Shown here in pieces: positions 17,224 to 27,100 of a DNA stretch of 28,933 nt. The notes below the pieces were generated by a model. That model did not search any database. It was not told the DNA's origin and saw only the letters and a program-made list of their open reading frames with translations. The translations under genes were made by a program, and so were the position numbers. Source of the stretch: Armatimonadota bacterium (GTDB lineage Bacteria > Sysuimicrobiota > Sysuimicrobiia > Sysuimicrobiales > Humicultoraceae); NCBI GenBank assembly GCA_052386995.1, contig JBQTJP010000152.1:1-28933 (forward strand). Reading direction: 5' to 3'. Numbering within the stretch: the first letter of the stretch is position 1; the number at the start of each line of letters is the position of its first letter.

Positions 17224-17227
17224 GCCC

Positions 17228-17245
17228 CGCGGGCGCAAGCCCGCG
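17228..17245. terminator. Hairpin between convergent genes, probable bidirectional terminator
   Basis: CGCGGGC-GCAA-GCCCGCG, a perfect 7-bp stem with a GNRA loop; no U-tract. Confidence 0.55.
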
Positions 17246-17246
17246 C

Positions 17247-18350
17247 TCAGAGCACAAACTGCCCGTTCCGGTACACCACTTCCCCATCGGCTCGGACCTC
17301 GCTGTCCGCGCGCAGATCGCAGATCATATCCCAGTGCAGGCCGGAGGTATTGGACGATCCCGTCTCGGGATAGCCCGATCCCAGGGCCATGTGCATTGTC
17401 CCGCCGATCTTCTCGTCAAACAGAATGTTCCGCGTGAACTTCGTGATTCCGTAGTTCAGCCCAAAGGCGAATTCCCCGACCACGCGCGCGCCGGCGTCTA
17501 TATCGAGCATCGCCCGCAGGAAGTCCTCGCCCTTCTCTGCCGTCGCCTCCGTCACACGGCCGCCGGCAAAGGTCAATGCGACGCCCTGCACCTCACGCCC
17601 ACCGTAGACGGCCGGGAAGGAGAATCGGACGCGACCGCTCGTGGCAGTCTCCACCGGTCCCGTGAATACCTCTCCGTCGGGGAAATTGTACTCGCCCGCG
17701 GCGTTGATCCATTTGCGCCCGCCCACCCGTACGGTCAGATCGACGTTCGGGCCCGATAGCCGCAGCTCGTCTTTGGTCTCCAGGAGCGTGATCACGCGGG
17801 CCTGTTCGGATCGGACCCGCTCCCACGCCGCCACCGGATCGTCGCGGTCGAGCAGGCCGGCGCCAAACACGAAGTCCTCATACTCGGACAGCGCCATCCC
17901 GGCGTCCTGCGCGTCGGCGTTGGTCGGATACTGCGTTCCACACCACCGCAAGGCGCCTGCGGCCGCCCGATCGAGAAAGCGCTTGTTGACCTCGCGCATC
18001 ACCTCGCGACGCACCGCCATGCGTTTTGGGTCGACCCCGGTCAGTTCCCGCGTGTTCCACGAGCCCCAGATGCCCAGCGACGCGTCCACCCGTTCCACCT
18101 CATCGACGTGCAGCGGCGAGACGAACCTGAGCTGAGTGTCGGTGGCATGCTTGTAGAAGATCTCTTCGAGGCCGTCGACGTTCACGCGGGGAAAGGGATG
18201 CGCGCCGATGTCCAGCGCCTCACGGTACGCCTCGACGATGAGCGGCGCCGCGACCGCGTTCCCCGAGATGCGCACGAGCTGGTTGGGGCGGACCTGCAGG
18301 GAGTAGTGCATCAAGACCTGCGCGAGTTTCGTCAGGCGAGGATCCTTCAC
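17247..18350 (-). CDS. Peptidase M29 aminopeptidase (aminopeptidase T/II, AmpS-like)
   Basis: DPRLTKLA, NFPDGEVFTGP, GEFAFG, ILFDEKIGGTMHMALG and SGLHWDMI motifs. Confidence 0.93.
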   Translation of the reverse strand: MKDPRLTKLAQVLMHYSLQVRPNQLVRISGNAVAAPLIVEAYREALDIGAHPFPRVNVDGLEEIFYKHATDTQLRFVSPLHVDEVERVDASLGIWGSWNTRELTGVDPKRMAVRREVMREVNKRFLDRAAAGALRWCGTQYPTNADAQDAGMALSEYEDFVFGAGLLDRDDPVAAWERVRSEQARVITLLETKDELRLSGPNVDLTVRVGGRKWINAAGEYNFPDGEVFTGPVETATSGRVRFSFPAVYGGREVQGVALTFAGGRVTEATAEKGEDFLRAMLDIDAGARVVGEFAFGLNYGITKFTRNILFDEKIGGTMHMALGSGYPETGSSNTSGLHWDMICDLRADSEVRADGEVVYRNGQFVL

Positions 18351-18384
18351 TCAACGCCTCCTTCCACAGTCGAGTGGTCTCCGC

Positions 18385-19488
18385 TCAGAGGAGACGGGAC
18401 ACCCATCCCCCGACGACATATCCAATCAGCGCAACCCCCAACCCAACGACGAACATGTCCAGGCCGCTTCGAAACACTCCACGTCCGGTGAAGATGCTGC
18501 GGGCCGCGCCGACACCGAAGTGCGAGAGCATGCTCACCCCAAACGACACCCAGATCGCTACATTGCCCGGCAAGAGGGCAAACGGCAAGACCGGAATGCA
18601 CGCGCCGACGGCGGTTGACAGCCCGGTGATCCAGCCCTCTCGCAGCGGCGACATCGCCGCGGGCGAGATGCCAAGCTCGAGCTGCGTCTGCTCTTGCAGC
18701 GCTCGTTCGGGATGGCGCATGACCTCCTTTGCCGTCTCTCGCGCGGTTTGGGGCGCAAGCCCCCGGGCCTTATAGAGCAAGACCAGCTCGTCTTCCTCCA
18801 GGTCCGGCATCATCTGCAGCTCCTCGCGCTCGAGGGCGATCTCATGCGCGTACACTTCCTGCTCGCTCTTTGCCGCGAGGAACGAACTGCTTCCCATCGA
18901 GAGCGCATCGGCGATGAGCCCCGCAATGCCGGAGAGCAGCACGATATGATGGGCGATATTCGCGCCGAGCACGCCCATGACGAGTCCAAAGTTCGCCGTC
19001 AAGCCATCGTTGAATCCGTACACGGCGTTGCGGAGAAATCCGCCCGATTCGGTGTGATGCCAGGGTTCGCCGGACACGCCGAGGAGTCGACCCAGCCGCC
19101 CGGCGTGTTCGGCCGACTCGCGGGCAAGATCCTGCGCGACACCCTGGGCCGGCCCCGCTGTGTGGGTCGCCTCCTGCAGGTAGGATTTGGTCTCGCGCCC
19201 CTCTTCGGCCAGCAGCAACGAGACCAGCGTCTTCCAGCCGAAGACGCGGCCCAGTAGTATCTGCAGGCGCGCCCGGCTACTCGGCCGGTATGCCGACATG
19301 TCGACGCCCGCGCCATGCAAGATGTCTCGCCACCGGGCCTGATGACGATCCTCCACCTCGGCCAGGTCCCTGAAGAGCCTGGCCCGGTCCTGGTCCGGTT
19401 CCACGGCGGCCATGCGGCGATAAAGATAGGCGGCGTCTCCCTCGTCCTGCCAGTGTTGCTTCCAGAGGTCGATCCGCTGCTCAGTCAA
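18385..19488 (-). CDS. VIT1/CCC1 iron/manganese transporter with an N-terminal rubrerythrin/ferritin-like domain
   Basis: N-terminal QDE...EVEDRH...EEGRE...ESAEH di-iron pattern; C-terminal LRNAVYGFNDGL and ALSMG VIT1 motifs; TTG start. Confidence 0.9.
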   Translation of the reverse strand: MTEQRIDLWKQHWQDEGDAAYLYRRMAAVEPDQDRARLFRDLAEVEDRHQARWRDILHGAGVDMSAYRPSSRARLQILLGRVFGWKTLVSLLLAEEGRETKSYLQEATHTAGPAQGVAQDLARESAEHAGRLGRLLGVSGEPWHHTESGGFLRNAVYGFNDGLTANFGLVMGVLGANIAHHIVLLSGIAGLIADALSMGSSSFLAAKSEQEVYAHEIALEREELQMMPDLEEDELVLLYKARGLAPQTARETAKEVMRHPERALQEQTQLELGISPAAMSPLREGWITGLSTAVGACIPVLPFALLPGNVAIWVSFGVSMLSHFGVGAARSIFTGRGVFRSGLDMFVVGLGVALIGYVVGGWVSRLL

Positions 19489-19690
19489 GAATCCTGCTCA
19501 TCACCAGGGGAAATATTCGTCAACGTACGTGCGCCCAATACGAGAGGGGGGAGGCTCGTCAGCCAATACGGCCTTCAGTCAGAAAGTCCTGCCGCTGCCA
19601 TGCGCTAATCCGTGCGTCTAGGCGGATTCTGGAATGGGCTCAGCGAGGGGTGAGAGACTCGTAAAACCGCACCTGCGAGGGGAGAATCTC

Positions 19691-19941
19691 ATGAAAGCCG
19701 AGTTCCTTGACATGCAAGCATCTGGACAACGAGGCTATGTCGCTGGTGTTACGGACGCTGCGGCAACCATTATGGATACCGGTTACACTCCATCCGACTC
19801 CGGCGCATTTGGACTTGTCTAGATGTTCACGGTACGCTTGGCTCAACCACTGATTGGGCTATTACACGAGCACGGGAGAACGTGCGGGCGGGTAACAATT
19901 ATAGTATGTCGAGCACGATTCTTGTCAGAGCCTGCGACTGA
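19691..19941 (+). pseudogene. Probable frameshifted remnant of a small gene
   Basis: GAGGGGAG RBS and ATG 19691 (MKAEFLDM...GYVAGVTDAA...GYTPSD); a -1 shift near 19798 continues LRRIWTCLD...ILVRACD to TGA 19939-19941. The region is visibly AT-richer than its flanks. Confidence 0.35.
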
Positions 19942-19959
19942 AACTTCCGCACACGACGC

Positions 19960-21489
19960 CTAGGGCCGCAATCTGTGTGTGGAAATGGTGGGCGGTGAGG
20001 GTTTTGAACCCCCGACCTCATCCGTGTGAAGGATGCGCTCTTCCACTGAGCTAACCGCCCGGTGAGGTACCCGTATTATAGAAGAAACCCGGCGCGGAGG
20101 AAACCGGACGTCCTCACAGCGGTAGACGCCCAGGACGCGTCCGGGCGCCAGTTCGACCTGCTCGACCTGGCGGATGTTCCGGCACATCTCGTGAATCTCG
20201 AGGTGCCGTCCCGCGGTGGGCTCGTCCACATAGAGAGCGTTCCATCCCGTCCACTCGGGCCGCTGCCAGAGGGCAAACACCCCGTAGGTCGTCGTAACGG
20301 GTGGACCGCTGCGCAGGCGGTAGGCGAGGTGGCTCGCCGCCTGGTAGGTATCCGTCAGAACGAGCACGCGGCCGCCTTCGCCCGCGTGCCGGATGATCGC
20401 GTCCGCGACGCGGTCCCAGCGACCGATGCCTGATTGCACCTGCTCGGCGCCCCAGGGCAGCAGCAGCGCCACCAGGAGCGCAGCGGTTGTGCATACAGTC
20501 AGACCCGCCGAGATGCGCAGGAGTCGCGGCCTGGTGCGGGTCCATTCGTCCCAGAGCGCCCCCAGGGCAAGCGCGGCGGACAGATACGCGGGACCGGGCC
20601 AATGGGGCTTGGGCCGCGCGCCGAGCGCGGCGATGACCATCGCCACCAGGAGCGGCAGACTCATCCAGGCCAGATAACGCAGCGCGGGCTGCGCCCGCCG
20701 GACTCCCGCGATCGCTGCGCCGACAAGCACGGGGGCGAGCGCGCCGTAGTAGAGGATCTGTCCCCCGAGAAAGAAGAGCAAATTCTGTGGGATCGAACGC
20801 GGCGTCATCCAGGGCTCGCGGGTCAGCGTGATGCGCGCCAGAAACCAGTCGTGCCTTGCGTTCCACACCACGACCGGGGCGAAGAGCGCCGCGGCCACGA
20901 GGATCCCGGCGTAGAATCCAGGATCGCGCAGTGCACGTCGCCAGCCCCCCGCGGCGAGCGTTCCCGCGAAACCGAGGACAAGAGCCAACGCTGTGAGCTT
21001 GCTGAGCAGCGCCAGTCCCACGGCCGCGCCGGCGGCCACCCACCACCAGCCGCCTTCCTGCACGGCGCGCCAGCCTGCCCACAGCGCGAGCGCCCAGAAC
21101 ACCGCCAGCGGCGCGTCGGGGAACGCAAAGACGGTGCCGACCGCAAAGGCCGGGAGCACCGCGGTGATCAGCGCCGCCACCATCGCCGCGCGGTGGGCGA
21201 ACAGGCTGCGGCCGGCGACATAGATGGCGAGCGGCGTCATGGTGGCGATGAGTACCGCGACCGCGCGGATCCCGAGCACGCGGTCGCCGAACAGGTGCGT
21301 CGATGCGGCCACGACGGCCGCGATCATCGGCGGATGATCGGGATAGCTCCACGCCAGGCGCTGCGACCACATCCAGTAGTAGGCTTCGTCATCGCCGATG
21401 GGAAGGCGGCCGGCAAAAGCGAGGCGCACCAGGCCGCCGGCGATCACGGCGGCGCAGAGCCACAGCGCGCCGGGGCTCAAGACGCGCAT
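19960..21489 (-). CDS. GT39/ArnT/PMT_2-like GT-C membrane glycosyltransferase (second copy)
   Basis: DDEAYYWMWS...YPDHPP, PDAPL, LLSK, WNARHDW, KPHWP and YQAAS motifs; the first in-frame stop lies beyond tRNA-Val. Confidence 0.88.
   Translation of the reverse strand: MRVLSPGALWLCAAVIAGGLVRLAFAGRLPIGDDEAYYWMWSQRLAWSYPDHPPMIAAVVAASTHLFGDRVLGIRAVAVLIATMTPLAIYVAGRSLFAHRAAMVAALITAVLPAFAVGTVFAFPDAPLAVFWALALWAGWRAVQEGGWWWVAAGAAVGLALLSKLTALALVLGFAGTLAAGGWRRALRDPGFYAGILVAAALFAPVVVWNARHDWFLARITLTREPWMTPRSIPQNLLFFLGGQILYYGALAPVLVGAAIAGVRRAQPALRYLAWMSLPLLVAMVIAALGARPKPHWPGPAYLSAALALGALWDEWTRTRPRLLRISAGLTVCTTAALLVALLLPWGAEQVQSGIGRWDRVADAIIRHAGEGGRVLVLTDTYQAASHLAYRLRSGPPVTTTYGVFALWQRPEWTGWNALYVDEPTAGRHLEIHEMCRNIRQVEQVELAPGRVLGVYRCEDVRFPPRRVSSIIRVPHRAVSSVEERILHTDEVGGSKPSPPTISTHRLRP
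19986..20060 (-). tRNA. tRNA-Val(CAC)
   Basis: GGGCGGT TAGCTCAGTGGAAGAGC G CATCC TT-CAC-AC GGATG AGGTC GGGGG TTCAAAA CCCTC ACCGCCC ACCA; full cloverleaf with CCA, 75 nt. Confidence 0.96.
20075..20103 (-). promoter_or_regulatory. Promoter for tRNA-Val inside the glycosyltransferase CDS
   Basis: Perfect TATAAT at 20075-20080, 14 nt upstream of the mature tRNA 5' end, with TTTCCT 17 bp further upstream. Confidence 0.7.
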
Positions 21490-22223
21490 CAGGCCGAAGC
21501 GGCGCGCGGGGCTGCGTCCAGGGATTTCCGTGCGCGGCGAAAAACGCCGTCGAGCATGCGCGCGGTCAGCCTTCCCGTGTGGGTGTTCTGGCGGCTGGGG
21601 TGATAGGCGTCGAGCAGCAGGAGGTCGCGGTCATCCCATGCCAGCCGGGCCTCAGCGCCGTGGGCAAAGCCCGGCTTTGGATGAGGCACGCTGATGCCAG
21701 CCTCGCGGGCGACGCGCAGAAAGGCATCGTGCGCCAGGCGGCCGAGCGCGACCACGACCCGCACGCGCGGAAGCAGTGCGAGCTCGGCGGCGAGGTACGG
21801 CAGACAGCGCGCGATTTCGGCGGGCGCGGGCTTGTTATCGGGAGGAGCGCATCGCACCGCGGCCGTCAGATAGAGATCGGTGAACGCAAGCCCATCGTCA
21901 CGGCTCGTGGATTCAGACCGCGAGGCGAAGCCGGTGCGGTACAGAGACGCCACGAGCGTCGCGCCGGCTCCGTCGCCGGTGAACATCCGCCCGGTTCGAT
22001 TGGCACCGTGGGCGCCTGGGGCGAGACCTACGACCAGGACCCTGGCGTTGGGATCGCCGAAGCCCGGAACGGGTCGTCCCCAATATTCCCAGTCGAGGTA
22101 CGCGCGGCGCCGCACTTGCGCCACGGTCCGGCAGTGCGCGATCAATCGGGGGCATTTCCCGCAGGCCATGACTGTCGCGGCCAGCCGTGCGAGGTCATCG
22201 CGTGACGATTGGCGTGGCATCAT
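21489..22223 (-). CDS. Uracil-DNA glycosylase family 5 (UdgB-like, 4Fe-4S)
   Basis: CGKCPRL, YWGRPVPGFGD, GLAPGAHGANRTGRMFTGD, VRCAPPDNKP and YHPSRQN motifs; ATGA coupling upstream and TGATG coupling downstream. Confidence 0.93.
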   Translation of the reverse strand: MMPRQSSRDDLARLAATVMACGKCPRLIAHCRTVAQVRRRAYLDWEYWGRPVPGFGDPNARVLVVGLAPGAHGANRTGRMFTGDGAGATLVASLYRTGFASRSESTSRDDGLAFTDLYLTAAVRCAPPDNKPAPAEIARCLPYLAAELALLPRVRVVVALGRLAHDAFLRVAREAGISVPHPKPGFAHGAEARLAWDDRDLLLLDAYHPSRQNTHTGRLTARMLDGVFRRARKSLDAAPRAASA

Positions 22224-22741
22224 CGCGTGCCGATCAGGTTGAGCCTGGCGATCGCCACCGATTCCAGGGCGTCCGCCAGGGCCTCCGCGCGCGCGGCGAC
22301 AATCGTGCACAGGGCTCCAGGATGGTGACGCTTCGGCGATCCGTGGCCGTAGGGCGCATCGAGGTGGGCATCGTCGGGAGTAGAGAGCGTACCGCGAAGC
22401 ACGGCAATCACCGCGCCGGTGCCCTGGACCGCTCGAGCGATGGCTTCGTGCCCGCTCCGGATGTGTCGCGCGGCGGCGTCCCCAGACGCCGCGAGCGCCG
22501 ATTCATCGTCGCCGCGCTCGCCGGCCCCCTGCTGAATCTCGTTCAGCACCTGCTCGATCACGGCCAGGCAATCATCCAACTCGGGGGTGAGGGTGGGCCG
22601 CTCGCCCGTCAGCGGATTGTACCTGACCGAGCCCGACAGACGGCGCAGGCTACGAGCATACTCCCTGAGGCGCACGGCCTGCGCAGCCGCGGCCGCGGCG
22701 CGCGCGACGACCGCCGAACTCACTGATGGGGACTGTCTCAT
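22220..22741 (-). CDS. Hypothetical alpha-helical protein, first gene of the hypothetical-UDG-GT39 operon
   Basis: Its stop overlaps the UDG start (ATGA) and the composition is plausible; no family recognised. Start uncertain. Confidence 0.6.
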   Translation of the reverse strand: MRQSPSVSSAVVARAAAAAAQAVRLREYARSLRRLSGSVRYNPLTGERPTLTPELDDCLAVIEQVLNEIQQGAGERGDDESALAASGDAAARHIRSGHEAIARAVQGTGAVIAVLRGTLSTPDDAHLDAPYGHGSPKRHHPGALCTIVAARAEALADALESVAIARLNLIGTR

Positions 22742-22848
22742 GAGTGCAGACCTGGGGTATCGTAGCACTTGAGACCTCCACGCAGCAACGGCGCGCCTTC
22801 GGGGAGGAGCGGCCTTTCGGCCGGGCGAAGATGAATGATAGGATGCGC

Positions 22849-24150
22849 ATGCGACGGGCGATCCGTTACGCTCTCCTCCTGGCAGTGCTCGCCGCGGTGG
22901 TCATCGCCGCCGCGCAATTGCTCTCGAGGCGCCCGACCGCGCAGACGGCGACGCCTCCCCCGCAACGGCCGGCCCCGCTCGTACGGACAGCGCCCGTGGA
23001 CCAAACCCAACTCGTCGAGCAGGCAACCCTTCCCGGCGAAGTGCGCGCGTCGGCCACCGTCGACGTCACGTCCCGCGTCGCAGGCCGTCTCGGCGCGCTC
23101 CTCGTGAAGGAAGGGTCCTCCGTCGCCGCGGGCGGACTCATCGCCCGGATCGACGATCCCGAGCTCTTCCTCACGATCAAAAACGCAGAGGCGGCCGTGG
23201 ACGTTCAGCGCGCTCGCCTGGTTCAGCTGCGGGCTGGGCCCATGGCGCCGCAGGTGGCTGGCGCCCAGGCCGCGGTGACCCAGGCCGAGGTCTCATTGGC
23301 GCAGGCCGAACGCGAGCTCGCCCGCGCCCGGCAGCTCTTCGCCGACGGGCTCATCGCCCGTGCGGCCGTGGATCGCGCGGAGACCGACGTCGAGCTCGCC
23401 CGGGGCCGCCTTAGCGCGGCGCGCGAGCAGGTCGCGCTGATTCAGCACGGTCCCCGACCCGAGGATGTCGCGGCGCAGGAAGCGCAGGTGCGCCAGGCCG
23501 AGGCGTCCGTCGCTCAGATACGCGCGCGGGTGCGAGACCTGCGTATCGCGTCGCCCATCAGCGGCGTGGTGACGCGACTGAATGTCGAGCGCGGCGCCGT
23601 GATCTCCACCCAAACCGTCGTGGCCACCGTCGCCACCCTCAAGCCGATCGAGGTCCACATCCCGCTCCCGGAAACCGATCTGGGCCGGCTGCGCTCGAGC
23701 AGCCTCGCCCGGGTTCGCGCCGAGGCGTTTCCCGCTCGAGTCTTCGAAGGCAAGATCGCACGCGTCGCCCCGGCGATGGACGCGGTGTCCCGAAGCGCCC
23801 GCCTGATCGTGGTCGTTCCCAACGCGGATCTGACGCTCCGGCCGGGGATGTTTGCCCGCGCCACCGTCGTCTTCGAAGAGCGTCCGGCCATCGTGATCCC
23901 AAGCGAAGTCATTGTCCGGCGCGGTGAGGCCACCGTGGTCTTCGTCGTCAAGGACCAGACGGTGGAGGAGCGAGCCGTGCGCGTGGGGTACGTCGAGGGG
24001 AGCCGCTCCGAGATTCTCGAAGGGCTGAGGGCCGGAGAGACGATCGTCACCTTTGGACAGCAAGGGCTCCGGGATGGAATGAAAGTGCGCACCGGAGGAG
24101 GCCGTGAACAGCCGGCTCCGGCCGCCAGCCCGCAGAGGACACGCCCATGA
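22849..24150 (+). CDS. RND efflux periplasmic adaptor (membrane fusion protein)
   Basis: N-terminal TM anchor, VTSRVAGRL...VKEGSSV lipoyl half, long coiled-coil hairpin, IASPISGVV, LRPGMFA and EILEGLRAGETIV. Start uncertain (22831, 22843 or 22849). Confidence 0.92.
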   Translation: MRRAIRYALLLAVLAAVVIAAAQLLSRRPTAQTATPPPQRPAPLVRTAPVDQTQLVEQATLPGEVRASATVDVTSRVAGRLGALLVKEGSSVAAGGLIARIDDPELFLTIKNAEAAVDVQRARLVQLRAGPMAPQVAGAQAAVTQAEVSLAQAERELARARQLFADGLIARAAVDRAETDVELARGRLSAAREQVALIQHGPRPEDVAAQEAQVRQAEASVAQIRARVRDLRIASPISGVVTRLNVERGAVISTQTVVATVATLKPIEVHIPLPETDLGRLRSSSLARVRAEAFPARVFEGKIARVAPAMDAVSRSARLIVVVPNADLTLRPGMFARATVVFEERPAIVIPSEVIVRRGEATVVFVVKDQTVEERAVRVGYVEGSRSEILEGLRAGETIVTFGQQGLRDGMKVRTGGGREQPAPAASPQRTRP

Positions 24151-27100
24151 ACATCGCGCGCGTCGCCATCGCGAGACCTGTCAGCACGATCATGTTCTTC
24201 CTGGCCGTGGCGTTCCTGGGCGTCATCGCCTTCGGCCGCCTTCCCGTGGACCTGCTGCCGGACATTTCGTTTCCCACCCTGACCGTCACGACCGACTACA
24301 AGGGCGCAGGCCCGCGAGAGGTCGAGCGCGAGGTCTCCATCCTCCTCGAGAACGCCCTGAGCAGCGCGCCGGGTGTCACCGAGGTGTTCTCGAACTCCAC
24401 CGAAGGGCGCAGCACGGTCCGGCTGCGCTACGCGTGGGGCACCGACCTGGACGCCGCGCTGAACGATGTGCGCCCGGCGATCGACCGCGTGCGCAACCTG
24501 CTCCCCGATGGCGCCGACGCCCCCAGAGTGGCCAAGTTTGATCCAAACCTCTTTCCCATCGTTCTGCTCGGCATCGAGGTCCGCGGTGACATGGGCGCGA
24601 TGCGCGACGTGGCCGAGAATGAGTTCAAGCCCCGCTTCGAGCAAATCGACGGCGTGGCCACGGTCGACGTGCGGGGCGCCCAGGCGCGCCAGATCCACGT
24701 CGACCTTGATCGCCAGCGGCTCGAGGCCCTGGGCGTCTCCGAGCGGGAGATCAATCAGGCGCTACTGTCCGAGAGCACCGCGGAACCCGGCGGCGATGTC
24801 CGCGTCGGGACGCAGCGCCGGATCGTCAGGACCGTGGGTCGATTCTCGACGGTCGAGGAGATCGCGCAAACGGTTGTCGCGGTGCGCCAGGGCGTCCCCG
24901 TGCGCGTGGCGGATGTGGCTCGCGTGCAGGACACGGTGGCCGACGCGACGTCGCTCGTGCGGATCAACGGCCGTCCGGGCATCCTCATCGCCATCTCCAA
25001 GCAGTCGGGCACGAACACGGTCGCCGTGGCCCAGCGGGTCTTCGCGGTAGTCGAGCAGGTCAACCAACAGTTCCCTCAGGCGCGCATCATTACGGTCAGC
25101 GACGGCAGCAAGTTCATCCGCCGGTCCATCGGCAGCGTCCGCGAGGCGGCGATCATCGGCGCGGTGCTCACCGTCCTCGTGCTCATTCTGTTCCTGCGCA
25201 ACCTCAGCAGCACGCTCATCCTCTCCACCGCGATCCCGATCTGCATCCTGGCGACGTTCCTGCTCATGTTCTGGGGCGGGTTCACGCTCAACCTGATGAC
25301 ATTCGGGGGCCTCGCCCTGGCGGTCGGGATGCTGGTAGACGATGCGATCGTGGTCCTCGAGAACATCTTCCGATTTCGCGAGGAGGGCCGGCCGCCGCGT
25401 TTGGCGGCCGAAGAGGCCACACGTCAGGTCGGCACGGCGGTCATGGCCAGCACGCTCACGACCGTCGCGGTCTTCCTTCCACTGTTCTTCACCACCGGCA
25501 TCGCCAGCGTGATGTTCCAACCGCTCGCGTACATCGTTACGTTCTCACTCTTGGTCTCGCTGCTTGTCTCGTTCACGCTGACGCCATCGCTGTCCGTACG
25601 CGGCCTCATCATGCGCCACGGCACGGGCACGGCCGCCCGCGTGGCCGCAACCGCCGAGCGGGCATTTCAGGCCGTAGAGGACGGCTACCGGCGCGTGTTG
25701 ATCCGCGTGATGCGCCGGCCGTACCTGATCTCGGCAGTCGCGATCGCGCTCACCATCGCCGGGCTCGCCGCGATGCCGTTGATCGGGCGCGAGACCTTCC
25801 CGAGCTCGGACGAGCACGAATTCTTCGTCACCGTCCAGCAGCCCCGCGGCACCGCCCTGGACGTGTCGAACCGGGCCGCCAGACGCATCGAGCAGATGCT
25901 CATGGAGGAGACGCCGGGCGCCGGTCAGGTGCTGTCGATCATCGGCAGCAGCTTCGCCGCCACGGGCACGCACACGTCGACGTTCCGCGTCAGCCTGACG
26001 CACGACGCACCGCCGACACAGGAGGTCATCAACGACCTGCGCCGCCGCATCCGTCTTCCCGGCGCCACCGTCTTCTTCCGACCGCTGAGCTCGCTCTTCT
26101 TCTTCCGCTCGCCGGACCCGATCAGCATCGACCTGAGGGGCTTCGATCTGGAGAGGGCCAACGCCGCCGCGAGGAACCTCCGGGGGGTGCTGGAGACCGT
26201 GCCTGGCGTCACCGACCTGCAGGTGAGCCGGGAGGAGAGTGCCGAGGAGTTCACCGTGCAGGTCGATAAGACCAAAGCCGCCACGTTCGGGGTGACCGCC
26301 AGCCAGGTCGCGACGGCCGTGCGGACATACGTGGGTGGGCGAACCGCCGCGCTCTACCGGAGCGGCGGCGAGGACATCGACGTCGTGGTGCGCCTCCGCG
26401 AGGACGACCGCAGGACGCCGGACAAGATCGGCGACCTGCCGATCAGCACGCCGCGCGGTATCGTGCCGCTGCGGCAGGTAGCAACCATTACCGGGTCTCC
26501 GGGCCCCACGCAGATTCAACGACGCAACCGCGAGCGCATCGTCACGATCACCGGGAACGTCACCGGCCGCGAGATCAGCGCCGCGCTGCGCGATGTGCAG
26601 TCCACCGTGCTCGCCCAGCGCCTGCCGCCGGGATTCTCGGTGGCCTTCAGCGGCGAGTTCCAGGACCAGCAGGAGTCCTTCGCCCAGCTCTTCTCGGGGT
26701 TCCTGATGTCGCTCGTGCTCGTGTACATGGTCATGGCGTCTCAGTTCGAACGGCTGCTCGAGCCGCTGCTCATCATGGCGGCCGTGCCGTTTGCGCTGGT
26801 GGGGGCCATCGGCGCACTGCTGTTGACGGGCACGACGCTGAACGTGCAATCAGGCTTGGGCGCAATCGTTCTGGTCGGTCTGGCGGTGAAGAACGCCATC
26901 GTCATGATCTCGTATTCCCTCCAGTTGCAGGACGAGGGGGTCCCACTGCTCGAAGCCCTGGCCCGCGCCGGGCAGCGGCGTCTGCGGCCCATCCTCATGA
27001 CGACGCTCACGACGACGTTTGGATTGCTCCCTCTCGCCATCGGCTTGGGCGAGGGTGGCGAGCTGCAGTCGCCGCTGGCCCGTGCCCTCATCGGCGGACT

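Noticed and set aside
19489..19690. Metal-sensing riboswitch (yybP-ykoY/NiCo) upstream of the VIT1 gene
   Set aside because: No recognisable consensus on the minus strand; an Rfam scan would be needed to exclude it fully.
16740..20060. tRNA-anchored genomic island with att repeats
   Set aside because: I found no duplicate of either tRNA 3' end by eye and no integrase or transposase; the genes between the tRNAs look like core genes.
22810..22823. Hairpin CGGCC-TTTC-GGCCG between divergent genes
   Set aside because: Short GC-only stem expected by chance, no U-tract, and not positioned as a terminator.
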